This document shows positions 36,857-46,293 of a stretch of DNA of 64,000 nucleotides, piece after piece. Within the stretch, counting starts at the first letter, position 1. Every line of letters begins with the position of its first letter. This DNA is from an uncultured Verrucomicrobiota bacterium. Its GTDB lineage: Bacteria; Verrucomicrobiota; Verrucomicrobiia; Limisphaerales; AAA164-E04. Below the pieces are notes generated by a model that saw only the letters and a list, made by a program, of their open reading frames with translations, did not search any database and was not told where the DNA came from. The translations under genes and the position numbers were made by a program. The stretch covers positions 2,350-66,349 of the forward strand of contig CAJXVR010000002.1 of NCBI GenBank assembly GCA_913061285.1, read 5' to 3'.

Positions 36857-37954
36857 TCACTTGTTGATTACGGCATTCTTCTGAGCAGTGACCACGATGC
36901 TGAAATGCTTGGCCTGGTCATGAGGCACGTGTAGGGTCCCTTCCTTCCATTCACCGGCTGTCGCTGACAACGTGACATCTCGGTCATCAAACTTGATAAA
37001 GACCGGCGCATGGATGAGATCAAATTCAAAATCATATTGAAGCCCGATTCCCTCTGGAGCGGGCCTGACCGTTTGCCTCACTGGTGCTCCATTGACGAGA
37101 AACCGCATGACTGGAACCATCTCGCCATCCCACTCATACCCTTTAAATTCCACTTGCGGCGTTAGATCAGGCCCACCAATTCGAACTGGCAGATCGGTCG
37201 CCCCTACTTTGAAGCGATCTCCAAGTGTTTTTACCGGCTTCCCTCCTCGATGCCCCGGGTGATCGCCCCAATCAGGGCCGACATCTAAGAACATCCCGAA
37301 CCAACCAAACCGCACACAACAGGTTTCGGCATCAAAACAGTAGTTAAAACCACCGGGCAATCCCACCAAGATCGAGCGCCCCGGACCACCATCTACGTAA
37401 GCCCGTTTCACCAAGGGCTTGTCATTCACGTGCAGATGCAATTGTTTCCGGCCTTTCTTATCAACTGAGCTCTTCACCAATTCTGGAGCAGTCGGATTAT
37501 CCGTCACCCGCATCACGCCCTTCATCGAAAAGGCATGTCCCGGGATAGTACAAACATAAGGATAATCCCCCACCTCTGCCGGCGTCCTAAAAGTGATCTC
37601 ATCCTCTTGTCCCGGGTTCACCACCTTCGTGTGAAACAATACCTCGGGAAGATTTGGAACATACTCCTTTTCAATCGCCTGTGCCCCGAGCATCCAAGCC
37701 TTTTGAGCAACCTTCATCGATACCGTCTCACCGGGTGAGCAAATGATCAGATTATGCTGCATCTCATCCGTATTCTTCAGCACCAACTTAATCTCGATAT
37801 TTGGTTTCACCTCAAAAAGCTCGATATTGTAACGAAGCTTCCCCGGCAATGTGCCAATCTCAAAAACGGGTCCCGCTGCAATAGCAATGGACGGTATCGC
37901 CCCTACCGCCAGCATACACGCCGATCGGAATACAATGGATCTAAACAAGTTCAT
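36857..37954 (-). CDS. azurin-like cupredoxin domain fused to an unassigned ~210-aa C-terminal domain
   Basis: Type-1 copper ligand pattern: QHNLII (His), YPYVCTIPGHAFSMKGVM (Cys-x4-His-x4-Met), matching azurin FFCTFPGHSALMKG. Signal peptide. Confidence 0.8.
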   Translation of the reverse strand: MNLFRSIVFRSACMLAVGAIPSIAIAAGPVFEIGTLPGKLRYNIELFEVKPNIEIKLVLKNTDEMQHNLIICSPGETVSMKVAQKAWMLGAQAIEKEYVPNLPEVLFHTKVVNPGQEDEITFRTPAEVGDYPYVCTIPGHAFSMKGVMRVTDNPTAPELVKSSVDKKGRKQLHLHVNDKPLVKRAYVDGGPGRSILVGLPGGFNYCFDAETCCVRFGWFGMFLDVGPDWGDHPGHRGGKPVKTLGDRFKVGATDLPVRIGGPDLTPQVEFKGYEWDGEMVPVMRFLVNGAPVRQTVRPAPEGIGLQYDFEFDLIHAPVFIKFDDRDVTLSATAGEWKEGTLHVPHDQAKHFSIVVTAQKNAVINK

Positions 37955-38347
37955 GTTTCAAAAAAAACGAAGCCGGCTCGTTCCGAACCTTCAACAGCCG
38001 GGCAGTTTAGCGATCTCGAAAAAAATCGCAACAGTCCATAAATGAGAGGATTTCCACCTGAGCAATGGGCACAGATGACCACGGAGAACGCTCTTCTTTC
38101 CCACCTCATAAAGAGAAAAACGGCGGTTCTATGATGGCAGCAACCAAGCTCAAATAGGATCAAAAGGGCATGGTCTAAAGCAACTACCAGAATCTGTCTC
38201 TAGCTCCGTTGTCATTCGGACTCTGAGGCCCCTCGCCTAAAGCCTTCACAAGAGAGACCATATGATATGATGCTAATCCAAACGCCCCCGGTTTCAGAGA
38301 AAGTGTTTGTCAACCAAGCCAAAAACCAGCTATCCATTCACTCAACC

Positions 38348-40108
38348 ATGATGACACCAGCCGCAGGTCTGTTTATGAATGTACGCCTTCAATCGTTGTT
38401 TCGGAGTCTCTTGTCCTTAGTCATCGTTACGGCTGCGTTGCCGATGGCAGGCCCTATTGAATCGAAAGCTGAAGAACGCCCCAACATTATCGTGATCATG
38501 GCCGATGATATGGGCTGGTCTGATATTGGCTGCTATGGGAGTGAAATCAGCACACCGAACCTGGATGGGTTGGCAAAGAACGGACTGCGCTTCTCTCAGT
38601 TCTACAACACTTCTCGATGTTGCCCCACACGAGCAACGTTGCTGACAGGCCTCTATGCGCATCAAGCTGGGGTTGGGCATATGATGTCGGACAGAGGTTC
38701 CGACGCATACCGTGGAGACCTGAGCCGAAACGCCGTTACCATCGCCGAGGTTCTTCAAGCGTCCGGCTACCGAACCTATCAATCGGGAAAATGGCACGTG
38801 AGCCGATTCATTAAGCCCGAAGGACCTCAACACAACTGGCCTCGACAACGAGGTTTCGATCGCTTCTTTGGAACGATTCATGGCGCAGGGAGTTTCTATG
38901 ATCCGAACTCCCTCACCATAGACAACACCCAGATCGCTCCCTGGAAAGACTTTTACTACACTGAAGCGATCAATGATTTTGCCTGTCGCTTCATCCGCGA
39001 CCATGAAGCGAATCACGAAGACAAGCCCTTCTTCATGTACGTCGCCCACACCGCTCCCCACTGGCCAATGCACGCCCGACCGGAAGATATCGCCAAATAC
39101 CACGGCAAGTATGCCAAAGGCTGGGACAAGCTGCGGGAAGAGCGCTACGATCGATTGAAGCGCATGGGATTGATCGATCCCAACTGGGAACTCTCCCCCC
39201 GAGATTCTCGTTCGAAACCATGGGCCGAAGCCGACCTCAAACCATGGGAACAACGCTGCATGGAGGTTTACGCGGCAATGGTCGACAAACTCGACCAAGG
39301 AATCGGAGACATTATTCAAACTCTTAAGGATACCAACGAGTTTGATAATACACTGATTCTTTTTCTCGCCGACAATGGCGCTTGCGCGGAAAGCTACGGG
39401 CGACAAGCCAACTCTCCCAAGACTCATCCAGACCCCACCCTTCGAAAACCAATGGCCCCTGGAGAGCTTCAAACGCGAATGGAGCCACTATTCACCCGTG
39501 ACGGTCGACCAATTCGCACAGGACGCGGGGTGATGCCCGGGGGGGCCGACACGTATATTGCCTACGGACTTTCATGGGCGAACGCGTCCAACACACCGTT
39601 CCGAGAGTATAAGCACTGGGTTCACGAAGGAGGCATCTCCAGCCCGCTCATTGCCCACTGGCCTAAGGGGATAACTAAAGGAACCTTCGGGAATCGCCGT
39701 CCCTCGGATGAAGGTCCCATCATTGATGACCCTGCCCATCTGATCGATCTTATGGCGACCTGCGTGGATATCTCTGGAGCACCCTATCCTACCCAATATG
39801 CGAACCATCAAATTCAGCCAATGGAAGGAACCAGCATTGCCCCTACCTTTTCAGGAAAGGCCATTCCTCGGACAGCGCCGATATTCTGGGAGCATGAAGG
39901 AAATCAAGCCATTCGGAAGGGAGATTGGAAACTGGTCTCCAAACACAAAGGCGAACCAGAGCTCTACAACATTACCAAAGATCGAACGGAGCTAACCAAT
40001 CTCGCCAGCAAAATGCCAGAGAAGGTCAAAGAACTTTCGGCAGACTGGAAGCGCTGGGCTGAGCGCGCTGGCGTTCAACCCTGGCCCTTGCCCCGCCCTC
40101 GTCAATAA
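38348..40108 (+). CDS. arylsulfatase (formylglycine-dependent)
   Basis: ORF opens at 38267; likely starts are 38348 or 38375 (MNVRLQSLFRSLLSLVIV signal). MADDMGWSD...SRCCPTRATLLTG signature. Confidence 0.9.
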   Translation: MMTPAAGLFMNVRLQSLFRSLLSLVIVTAALPMAGPIESKAEERPNIIVIMADDMGWSDIGCYGSEISTPNLDGLAKNGLRFSQFYNTSRCCPTRATLLTGLYAHQAGVGHMMSDRGSDAYRGDLSRNAVTIAEVLQASGYRTYQSGKWHVSRFIKPEGPQHNWPRQRGFDRFFGTIHGAGSFYDPNSLTIDNTQIAPWKDFYYTEAINDFACRFIRDHEANHEDKPFFMYVAHTAPHWPMHARPEDIAKYHGKYAKGWDKLREERYDRLKRMGLIDPNWELSPRDSRSKPWAEADLKPWEQRCMEVYAAMVDKLDQGIGDIIQTLKDTNEFDNTLILFLADNGACAESYGRQANSPKTHPDPTLRKPMAPGELQTRMEPLFTRDGRPIRTGRGVMPGGADTYIAYGLSWANASNTPFREYKHWVHEGGISSPLIAHWPKGITKGTFGNRRPSDEGPIIDDPAHLIDLMATCVDISGAPYPTQYANHQIQPMEGTSIAPTFSGKAIPRTAPIFWEHEGNQAIRKGDWKLVSKHKGEPELYNITKDRTELTNLASKMPEKVKELSADWKRWAERAGVQPWPLPRPRQ

Positions 40109-40203
40109 GTAGCTGTCGGAAGCAATGCAGTGATCGGTCGACCGAGCTCGAGGCGGCCGCATGGCAATCCACTTCTCAGCAATCACCGACCGCTGTAAAC
40201 GAG

Positions 40204-41259
40204 TCACCAATCACGGCAATGGAGCTTGGCGTCAGCAGCCAAGCTAGGGCAGTACATCGGAGAGGAGCCCATTAGCACCGCGTCAGCACCCACATCAAAA
40301 AAATCCTTAATATCCGCAAGCACAGATGCCCCTCCAACCGCCAGAACCGAAAGGTCGAGCCCCTCGGATCGGGCTATGCGTTTTGCCATCTGGACAGACT
40401 GAACAGAAGCCCGATGAATGGAACGCCCCAGCACGCCGGCTTGAACGTAATCGCTGCCAAAAACGGGACGCCCGTCCGGATACAAGACCGGTCGAGTCAA
40501 TCCATTCACCATTGTCACCCCATCCACTGCGGCAGAAACAGCTTGAAGAAAAGACCTCATCAACGATTCCTCTTCAAAATAGCCTACCTTCATCAAGAGA
40601 GGCACCTTTCCAATTCGAGACCGAACGGTCGTTGCAACCCCCCGACTGAACTCTGGATCCAGATAGATGGAACCTTCAGCAGTACAGACATTCGGACAGG
40701 ATAGATTCGCCTCGACGATATCGGCCCCAGCCTCAACCGCCCACGCAGCACACTCGGCGAAATCATTGGCCATTTCCTCACCCCCCCATCCCGCTTCGGG
40801 CGTTCCGACCACCGAAACAATCAATAGTTGCCCGTCACGCAACGCTTCCTTGGCACGTGCAACATCTGGTCGCCAAACGTCTGGACTCATTGAGGGCATT
40901 CCAAAGCAGACGGACGACGTCACAGCACTTGTATCCTCAGGAGGCGATTCTCGATAATAGATCGGGCCATTAATCTGTCCATCGTCCGAAACAAAGACCC
41001 AATTGGGAAGTGGATAGCAGGGGCGATAGGAAGATCGAACTGTCTTGTAGGTGAGCAAGTCAAACCCAAGACTAGAATACGCTTCAATCCAACGACTGTT
41101 CAAGAGCAAGCCAGCCGCGATGCCAAGACGACTCCTCACCTGATACCCAAGCAATCGCTTGAGAGGAACCTCAGGACACGTGACGCCCCCCCCCTCAAGC
41201 GAAGGACCCGCATCATAGTTCTCTTGGTAGGTCTTAAGAATATCGTATGTCAACTGCAT
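40204..41259 (-). CDS. dihydroorotate dehydrogenase-family (class 1-like) flavoprotein, substrate unknown
   Basis: GIAAG...LGF....KTV, ANLSCPN (class 1 catalytic Cys motif), and LAVGG...D....GADAVLMGS at the C-terminus. Confidence 0.8.
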   Translation of the reverse strand: MQLTYDILKTYQENYDAGPSLEGGGVTCPEVPLKRLLGYQVRSRLGIAAGLLLNSRWIEAYSSLGFDLLTYKTVRSSYRPCYPLPNWVFVSDDGQINGPIYYRESPPEDTSAVTSSVCFGMPSMSPDVWRPDVARAKEALRDGQLLIVSVVGTPEAGWGGEEMANDFAECAAWAVEAGADIVEANLSCPNVCTAEGSIYLDPEFSRGVATTVRSRIGKVPLLMKVGYFEEESLMRSFLQAVSAAVDGVTMVNGLTRPVLYPDGRPVFGSDYVQAGVLGRSIHRASVQSVQMAKRIARSEGLDLSVLAVGGASVLADIKDFFDVGADAVLMGSSPMYCPSLAADAKLHCRDW

Positions 41260-41306
41260 AGAGCCCTCTGAATACTTGTCACGATACCTAGTCCTGATTC
41301 CCCCGT

Positions 41307-42449
41307 CTAAGGTTCCAGGAATTGAAAATCCTCCGGGTTCATTAGTAATCGGCTCGCTCGGCCAAATATTTCCTGCGGCACACCCAGAGCTTGCTTTAGT
41401 TCAATATCTCGGTCCCATGGATTCTCGATAGCGGCCAAGCGATTCATCACCTTCCATTCAAGATTGAGTGAAAAATACCAAGGTGACACGAGCGCCGTAT
41501 TGATGAGCGGGTAATCCGAACCATAAAAAAGCCTCTCGGAGAACCGCTCGTCAAGCAGCGCCTCCGAGAGGTAAGCCAACTTGTTTATCTGGGTAAGCGA
41601 TGATATTTCACTATAGAGCCGCGGATACTTGGTCATCATTTTAGCCAAGCGATCAGTATCACGCTCCCCATCATGCTCCCCCGTCGAAGCGATGTGAGCA
41701 ACGATCACCGTCACCCCAGCATCCAGTGCCAATTTGAGCTTCAGCGGATCAGCAAATTCATCACGGGCATGGGTAAACGACCGCTCCTGCCCCGCGTGGG
41801 AGAGAAGTGGAAGATTCAATTCAGCCATTTTTTGATAGAACGGAAGGAAGGAATAATCACTTGGATCGAAGAGCTGCACAGATGGCAACCATTTGATCAA
41901 TTTTGCCCCGTTTGCGTACGCCCATGATAGGCGTTCGACAGCATCCGTACGTTTCGGATTGATACTCGCGGCCCAAAACAGCTGGGGATACCGATCTGTT
42001 TCTTGAAGAACAAATTCGTTCGGCACAAAAAACTCCGTTGCCTCCCGATCCAAGCCCCCCTCATCATTAATGACTCCATCCATCGCTAAGACGATAGCCG
42101 CATCAACATACTGGCTTGCCTCTACCCGTTCGGCGATACGCTGGATGACAATAGAATCCCCGGCCGCATTCAAAGTCGCCAAATCAGTCCCGAAGCTTTC
42201 AAGATACACACGGAACTTATAGCTCGCCCGCATAGCATCGGAAACAAAACACCCACTACCAGCCGCTCCAATTCCAGCCGTGTGGCAATGAATATCAACG
42301 ATACGATCTAGGAAAACTCCTGGATCGGCTTCTCGAATTGCACCTCGAAACAGCACCAGACGGAGAAGCAATCCAGCCAGCAGGGAAAAGCAAACGAGCA
42401 CAAGCCCGAGCGCTAGCCACCGACGGCGATTTAGCTGCGTCTTTTTCAT
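41307..42449 (-). CDS. membrane-anchored amidohydrolase-family protein
   Basis: Start trimmed to MKKTQLNRRRWLALGLVLVCF (ATG 42449). VDIHCHTAG metal-binding start of a TIM-barrel amidohydrolase; HIAS...D near the end. Confidence 0.7.
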   Translation of the reverse strand: MKKTQLNRRRWLALGLVLVCFSLLAGLLLRLVLFRGAIREADPGVFLDRIVDIHCHTAGIGAAGSGCFVSDAMRASYKFRVYLESFGTDLATLNAAGDSIVIQRIAERVEASQYVDAAIVLAMDGVINDEGGLDREATEFFVPNEFVLQETDRYPQLFWAASINPKRTDAVERLSWAYANGAKLIKWLPSVQLFDPSDYSFLPFYQKMAELNLPLLSHAGQERSFTHARDEFADPLKLKLALDAGVTVIVAHIASTGEHDGERDTDRLAKMMTKYPRLYSEISSLTQINKLAYLSEALLDERFSERLFYGSDYPLINTALVSPWYFSLNLEWKVMNRLAAIENPWDRDIELKQALGVPQEIFGRASRLLMNPEDFQFLEP

Positions 42450-42678
42450 TCCACTCCGCGCCCTGAAACTCCCAGATCGGCAAAACCGTATCCTATCGCT
42501 AGTAAAGAAATGCCTCAGCAAGAGCGTCTTACAATCCCTACTTTGCACCGGGATCTCACGAACGATCAAGGAGGGAAAACCCCTCAGTCAATGCCAGGAA
42601 CGTAGCCGATAAAGACCAGCTACTGCGTTCTCCTTTAAGAATAGAAAAAGAGAAGCGCTCACGGGGCAATGCCAACAG

Positions 42679-42712
42679 AAAAAAAAGAGAGCGAGTGGTT
42701 ACACTCGCTCTC
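42679..42712 (-). terminator. rho-independent terminator of the rplS operon
   Basis: 11-bp stem gagagcgagtg / cactcgctctc (42687-42697 / 42702-42712), 4-nt loop, followed on the minus strand by T8 (42679-42686). Confidence 0.8.
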
Positions 42713-42739
42713 AACAAATCAATGATGACTAATACCCGA

Positions 42740-43123
42740 TTACTTGGCTTTTTTCCGGTTCTTAACCAAGCGCATGTCCTTCTCCTTAACCAACATCGCC
42801 GCCTTACCGATGCGATCACGCAAGTAAGTCAGCTTGGCTCGGCGAACGGCCCCTCGACGCTCTACGTCAATCTTGTCGATACGTGGCGAATTCACTGGGA
42901 ACACTCGTTCAATCCCCTCTCCGTAGCTAATTCGTCGAACAGTAAAACGCTCGGCGCTCCCACGTCCTCGACGTGCGATAACGATTCCAGCGAAGACCTG
43001 AATTCGTTCCTTCTCGCCTTCGACAACCTTTGTGTGCACACGGACGGTATCACCGACAGAGAACTCTAAAGGTTTCTCCCGCTGGTCAGCCGCTTCGATT
43101 TTTTGCAACAATTCTTGATTCAT
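42740..43123 (-). CDS. rplS: 50S ribosomal protein L19
   Basis: F.VGD.V.V......EG.KER.Q.F.G.VI.....G....FTVR core. Confidence 0.95.
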   Translation of the reverse strand: MNQELLQKIEAADQREKPLEFSVGDTVRVHTKVVEGEKERIQVFAGIVIARRGRGSAERFTVRRISYGEGIERVFPVNSPRIDKIDVERRGAVRRAKLTYLRDRIGKAAMLVKEKDMRLVKNRKKAK

Positions 43124-43150
43124 GACAACATTCTAACATTCATGCTCGAT

Positions 43151-43843
43151 TCAATCTCGAGCGACTTGGTCTTCACCAAGTAAGTCCGGCCGTCGCTCGG
43201 CCGTCCGCTTCCTCGCCATTTCCCGGCGCCATTTCGCAATTTCCCCATGATTGCCGGAAAGTAAGACTTCCGGCACTTTCATCCCTCTAAATTCAGCTGG
43301 CCGCGTATAGTGAGGATACTCTAACAGACCATCCTCTCCGTAAGATTCTTCCGACGCACTGTTTTCATCACCCAGCACTCCAGGAATCAATCTTGTCACG
43401 GAATCGATCAGCACCATCGCTGGCAAGGCTCCATTTGTCAAAACGTAGTCACCAATCGAAACAACGTCATCAACAAGTGCCTCACAAATCCGCTCATCGA
43501 ATCCTTCATAGCTACCGCAGAGCAGCACCAAATGTTCGAATCTAGCGAATGTTCTCGCCATCGATTGATTGTATTGTCGCCCCACAGGAGCGAGCATAAC
43601 AACCCGCGATCGGTCCGTTTTCACTGACTCAACCGCTTCAAAAACTGGCCCAGGCTTCAAAACCATCCCTGGTCCCCCACCAAACGGCCTATCATCCACC
43701 GTCTTGTGGGCATCACGGGCAAAATCCCGGATATCCGTAATCTTCAGATCCAATAGATCCGCATCTCGAGCTCGCTTGATGATACTTTCATCTAGCGGAC
43801 CGTCGAACATCGACGGAAAAAGTGTTAACACATCCACTCTCAT
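43151..43843 (-). CDS. trmD: tRNA (guanine37-N1)-methyltransferase
   Basis: MRVDVLTLFPSMF...DDRPFGGGPGMVLK...LLCGSYEGFDER...GNH..I..WR. Confidence 0.95.
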   Translation of the reverse strand: MRVDVLTLFPSMFDGPLDESIIKRARDADLLDLKITDIRDFARDAHKTVDDRPFGGGPGMVLKPGPVFEAVESVKTDRSRVVMLAPVGRQYNQSMARTFARFEHLVLLCGSYEGFDERICEALVDDVVSIGDYVLTNGALPAMVLIDSVTRLIPGVLGDENSASEESYGEDGLLEYPHYTRPAEFRGMKVPEVLLSGNHGEIAKWRREMARKRTAERRPDLLGEDQVARD

Positions 43844-43904
43844 GGTGCCTGGCCAAGATTAAAGCCTCACCACAGAACGGAACCAGCTAAAATCCCTCTA
43901 CGAA

Positions 43905-44165
43905 CTATTCGTCTGAGGTCTCTTCGCTTGAAGCATCTTCAACAACCTCGAGGGCGCTTCGCGTTCCTTGCTTCGCACTTCCTACCTGAAGTAGGGCTCG
44001 AATCGCATTGATCGTGTTCCCTTGCTTCCCAATAACCTTGCCCATATCCGACGGATGGAGGCGTAATTGGAAAACCGTTAAACCGTCCCGATCAGATGGC
44101 TCAATTTGTACGGCGTCAGGGTGTTCAACCAGCCCTTTAACCACATATTCAAGAAAATCCTGCAT
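43905..44165 (-). CDS. KH-domain RNA-binding protein (YlqC/UPF0109 family)
   Basis: L...V..LV..PD.V.......D...V..L.....D.G.VIGK.G.T..A.R.L. Confidence 0.85.
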   Translation of the reverse strand: MQDFLEYVVKGLVEHPDAVQIEPSDRDGLTVFQLRLHPSDMGKVIGKQGNTINAIRALLQVGSAKQGTRSALEVVEDASSEETSDE

Positions 44166-44208
44166 CCAATCGATAAATCAAAAAAGAATCAAAAAGGGCG
44201 GTCGCTGT

Positions 44209-44502
44209 CTATTCAGCTGCTGCTTCGGTCGCCGCTGGGGCACTCGCTGCAGCCGCTGCGGCTTCCCGCTTTTTGGCGCGAAGGAAACTCTTGATCGTAT
44301 CCGAAGGAATCGCTCCCTGGCCAATCCAGTGCTCTACTCGTTCCAAGTCAATGGACACTTTGTCAGAGGTGCGAGCTGGATGATACGTCCCGATCTCTTC
44401 GATAAACTTGCCATCACGAGGGCTTCGGCTATCGGCAACCACAACCCGGTACACGGGGTGATTTCGAGCCCCTACTCGTTTGAGACGAATCTTTACTGAC
44501 AT
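44209..44502 (-). CDS. rpsP: 30S ribosomal protein S16
   Basis: Start trimmed to [31 protein letters not shown] (ATG 44502). The 91-codon in-frame upstream extension has no S16 similarity. Confidence 0.95.
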   Translation of the reverse strand: MSVKIRLKRVGARNHPVYRVVVADSRSPRDGKFIEEIGTYHPARTSDKVSIDLERVEHWIGQGAIPSDTIKSFLRAKKREAAAAAASAPAATEAAAE

Positions 44503-44915
44503 AACAAATGATTTTCGACCTATTCCAGCAAGGGCCCTACCGGGCAATACTTTTCGCTGCGAAAAAGGAACGCAGAAGGTAGACACGCGACATCGCCATG
44601 GCAAGCCCTCTTTTTGGGATTTTTTCAAGCCATTGAGAATTGGCCAGAGAGCTTTCATTCGGCGCAAGCCGCCCAAAGCCCGCAAGCTCCTTTCCGACAT
44701 CAGGGTCTCAGGAACTGAAGGAATCGGCAACCGCATTGTCTCACTCCGATCAAAGAGCACCCGACGAGGGGACAAGATTTAGGGTTGACTCACCTAATAA
44801 TTCAATACATAAGTAAACAACATAAGTTACTCATGTTTAGCGTTTCACCAACGACACTTGACGAGATTGTCAGTCAATGACAGTTTCCCGGTCTTAGGAG
44901 AAGTCGCCCCTACTC

Positions 44916-45668
44916 GTGAATTCGTCCACCCATTTAAGTAACACTGACCGCCCCCTTTCCACGGAAGAGGGTCTCAATGCGGCAGCCGAACGTCTTGACG
45001 GCCTCAGGCCCCAAGAGCGAGTCGCCTGGGCCGTTGACCAATTCGGAGATCGCTTGATTCTCTCGTCAAGCTTCGGCGCCCAAGCTGCCGTCTGCCTCCA
45101 TATGGTGACTACGCTGAAGCCGGATGTGCCCATTGTCCTCGTAGATACTGGATATCTTTTTCCTGAAACCTACCAGTTCATCGACGAACTCACCGATCGA
45201 CTCAACTTGAATTTGCAGGTCTACCGGTCAGCCATGAGCCCTGCATGGCAAGAGTCTCGCTTTGGCAAGCTTTGGGAAAAGGGCGTGGATGGCCTGAAGC
45301 AATACAATCAGATGAACAAGGTGGAGCCGATGAAGCGTGCCCTCGCCGAACTCGAAGCCCAAGGCTGGATCGCCGGTATTCGACGATCACAGACTTCAAC
45401 TCGATCAAAGACGCCGATCCTCGTCCGAGATGGCGAGTGTGTTAAGATCCATCCGATCGTTGACTGGACGGATCGGGACATCTTCGAGTATCTGAAACAT
45501 CACGACCTTCCCTATCATCCCCTTTGGCATCAGAATTACGTTTCTATTGGGGACACCCATACGACCCATAAACTAGAGGCTGGGATGAATGAGGAAGAAG
45601 CCCGCTTCTTCGGTCTCAAACGCGAATGCGGCCTCCACGAAGGCGTCAATACAGATTTTAGCATCTAG
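44916..45668 (+). CDS. cysH: phosphoadenosine phosphosulfate (PAPS) reductase
   Basis: GTG start. SSSFG...VDTGYLFPETY...KRECGLH C-terminal motif. No Fe-S Cys cluster, which fits the PAPS type. Confidence 0.9.
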   Translation: MNSSTHLSNTDRPLSTEEGLNAAAERLDGLRPQERVAWAVDQFGDRLILSSSFGAQAAVCLHMVTTLKPDVPIVLVDTGYLFPETYQFIDELTDRLNLNLQVYRSAMSPAWQESRFGKLWEKGVDGLKQYNQMNKVEPMKRALAELEAQGWIAGIRRSQTSTRSKTPILVRDGECVKIHPIVDWTDRDIFEYLKHHDLPYHPLWHQNYVSIGDTHTTHKLEAGMNEEEARFFGLKRECGLHEGVNTDFSI

Positions 45669-46289
45669 ATGACGGAGACTGCTTCGAATCTTCACCCGAC
45701 ATTCCAACGAATGTTGTCGCGCGACCGGAAGGAAGCGTTGATTAAGCAAACGGGCCTTGTTATCTGGCTCTACGGACTCTCAGGTTCAGGCAAATCAACG
45801 ATAGCCATCGGGCTCGAGAAAAAGCTCCACCAGGACGGCATCCTCACTCAATTGCTTGACGGGGATAACATACGAACGGGCCTTAATAAAAACCTAGGCT
45901 TCTCCGACGAAGATCGAGTCGAAAACATTAGACGAATCGCCGAAGTTGCCAAGCTCCATGCTGAAATCGGTGTCGCGACAATCGCGTCATTCATTACCCC
46001 CAAGCGCAGCCTCCGATCAAACGCACGAGAGATTATCGGAAACGCCGATTTCTTAGAAATCTACGTTCACTGCAACTTTGATACTTGTGAAGCCCGAGAT
46101 GTCAAAGGGCTCTATGCCAAGGCGAAAGCCGGCAATCTCCCCCAATTTACCGGGCGAGACTCGAGTTTCGAACCGCCCGACAATTCTTCGCCTGCAGACT
46201 TAGTGATTGAGACAGATCAAGAGTCACCCGAAGAATCAATAGAAAAACTTTATCAAACCGTGTCCAAACGCGTTCAGCTGAACTCGTAG
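45669..46289 (+). CDS. cysC: adenylylsulfate (APS) kinase
   Basis: GLSGSGKST P-loop, LDGDN.R, FISP-like motif. Confidence 0.95.
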   Translation: MTETASNLHPTFQRMLSRDRKEALIKQTGLVIWLYGLSGSGKSTIAIGLEKKLHQDGILTQLLDGDNIRTGLNKNLGFSDEDRVENIRRIAEVAKLHAEIGVATIASFITPKRSLRSNAREIIGNADFLEIYVHCNFDTCEARDVKGLYAKAKAGNLPQFTGRDSSFEPPDNSSPADLVIETDQESPEESIEKLYQTVSKRVQLNS

Positions 46290-46293
46290 CAAA

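Noticed and set aside
40134-40160. Polylinker-like run of overlapping palindromes: tcggtcgaccga, GTCGAC, GAGCTC, CTCGAG, GCGGCCGC
   Set aside because: It looked like a cloning-vector multiple cloning site. However, 6-12 bp palindromes are individually expected many times in 64 kb, GCGGCCGC also occurs inside trpF (about 49156) and htrA (about 61930), and no vector-like sequence flanks it. It sits between convergent genes, so a GC-rich termination or pause region is the simpler reading.
44503-44780. Possible SRP (4.5S) RNA or other structured RNA in the rpsP upstream region, prompted by ...gatgtcggaaaggagc...
   Set aside because: The conserved helix-8 elements (GGAA tetraloop closed by C-G, and AGCAGC on the 3' side) are not present and I could not draw the flanking helix. 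It needs a covariance-model scan to settle, but by eye it is not an SRP RNA.
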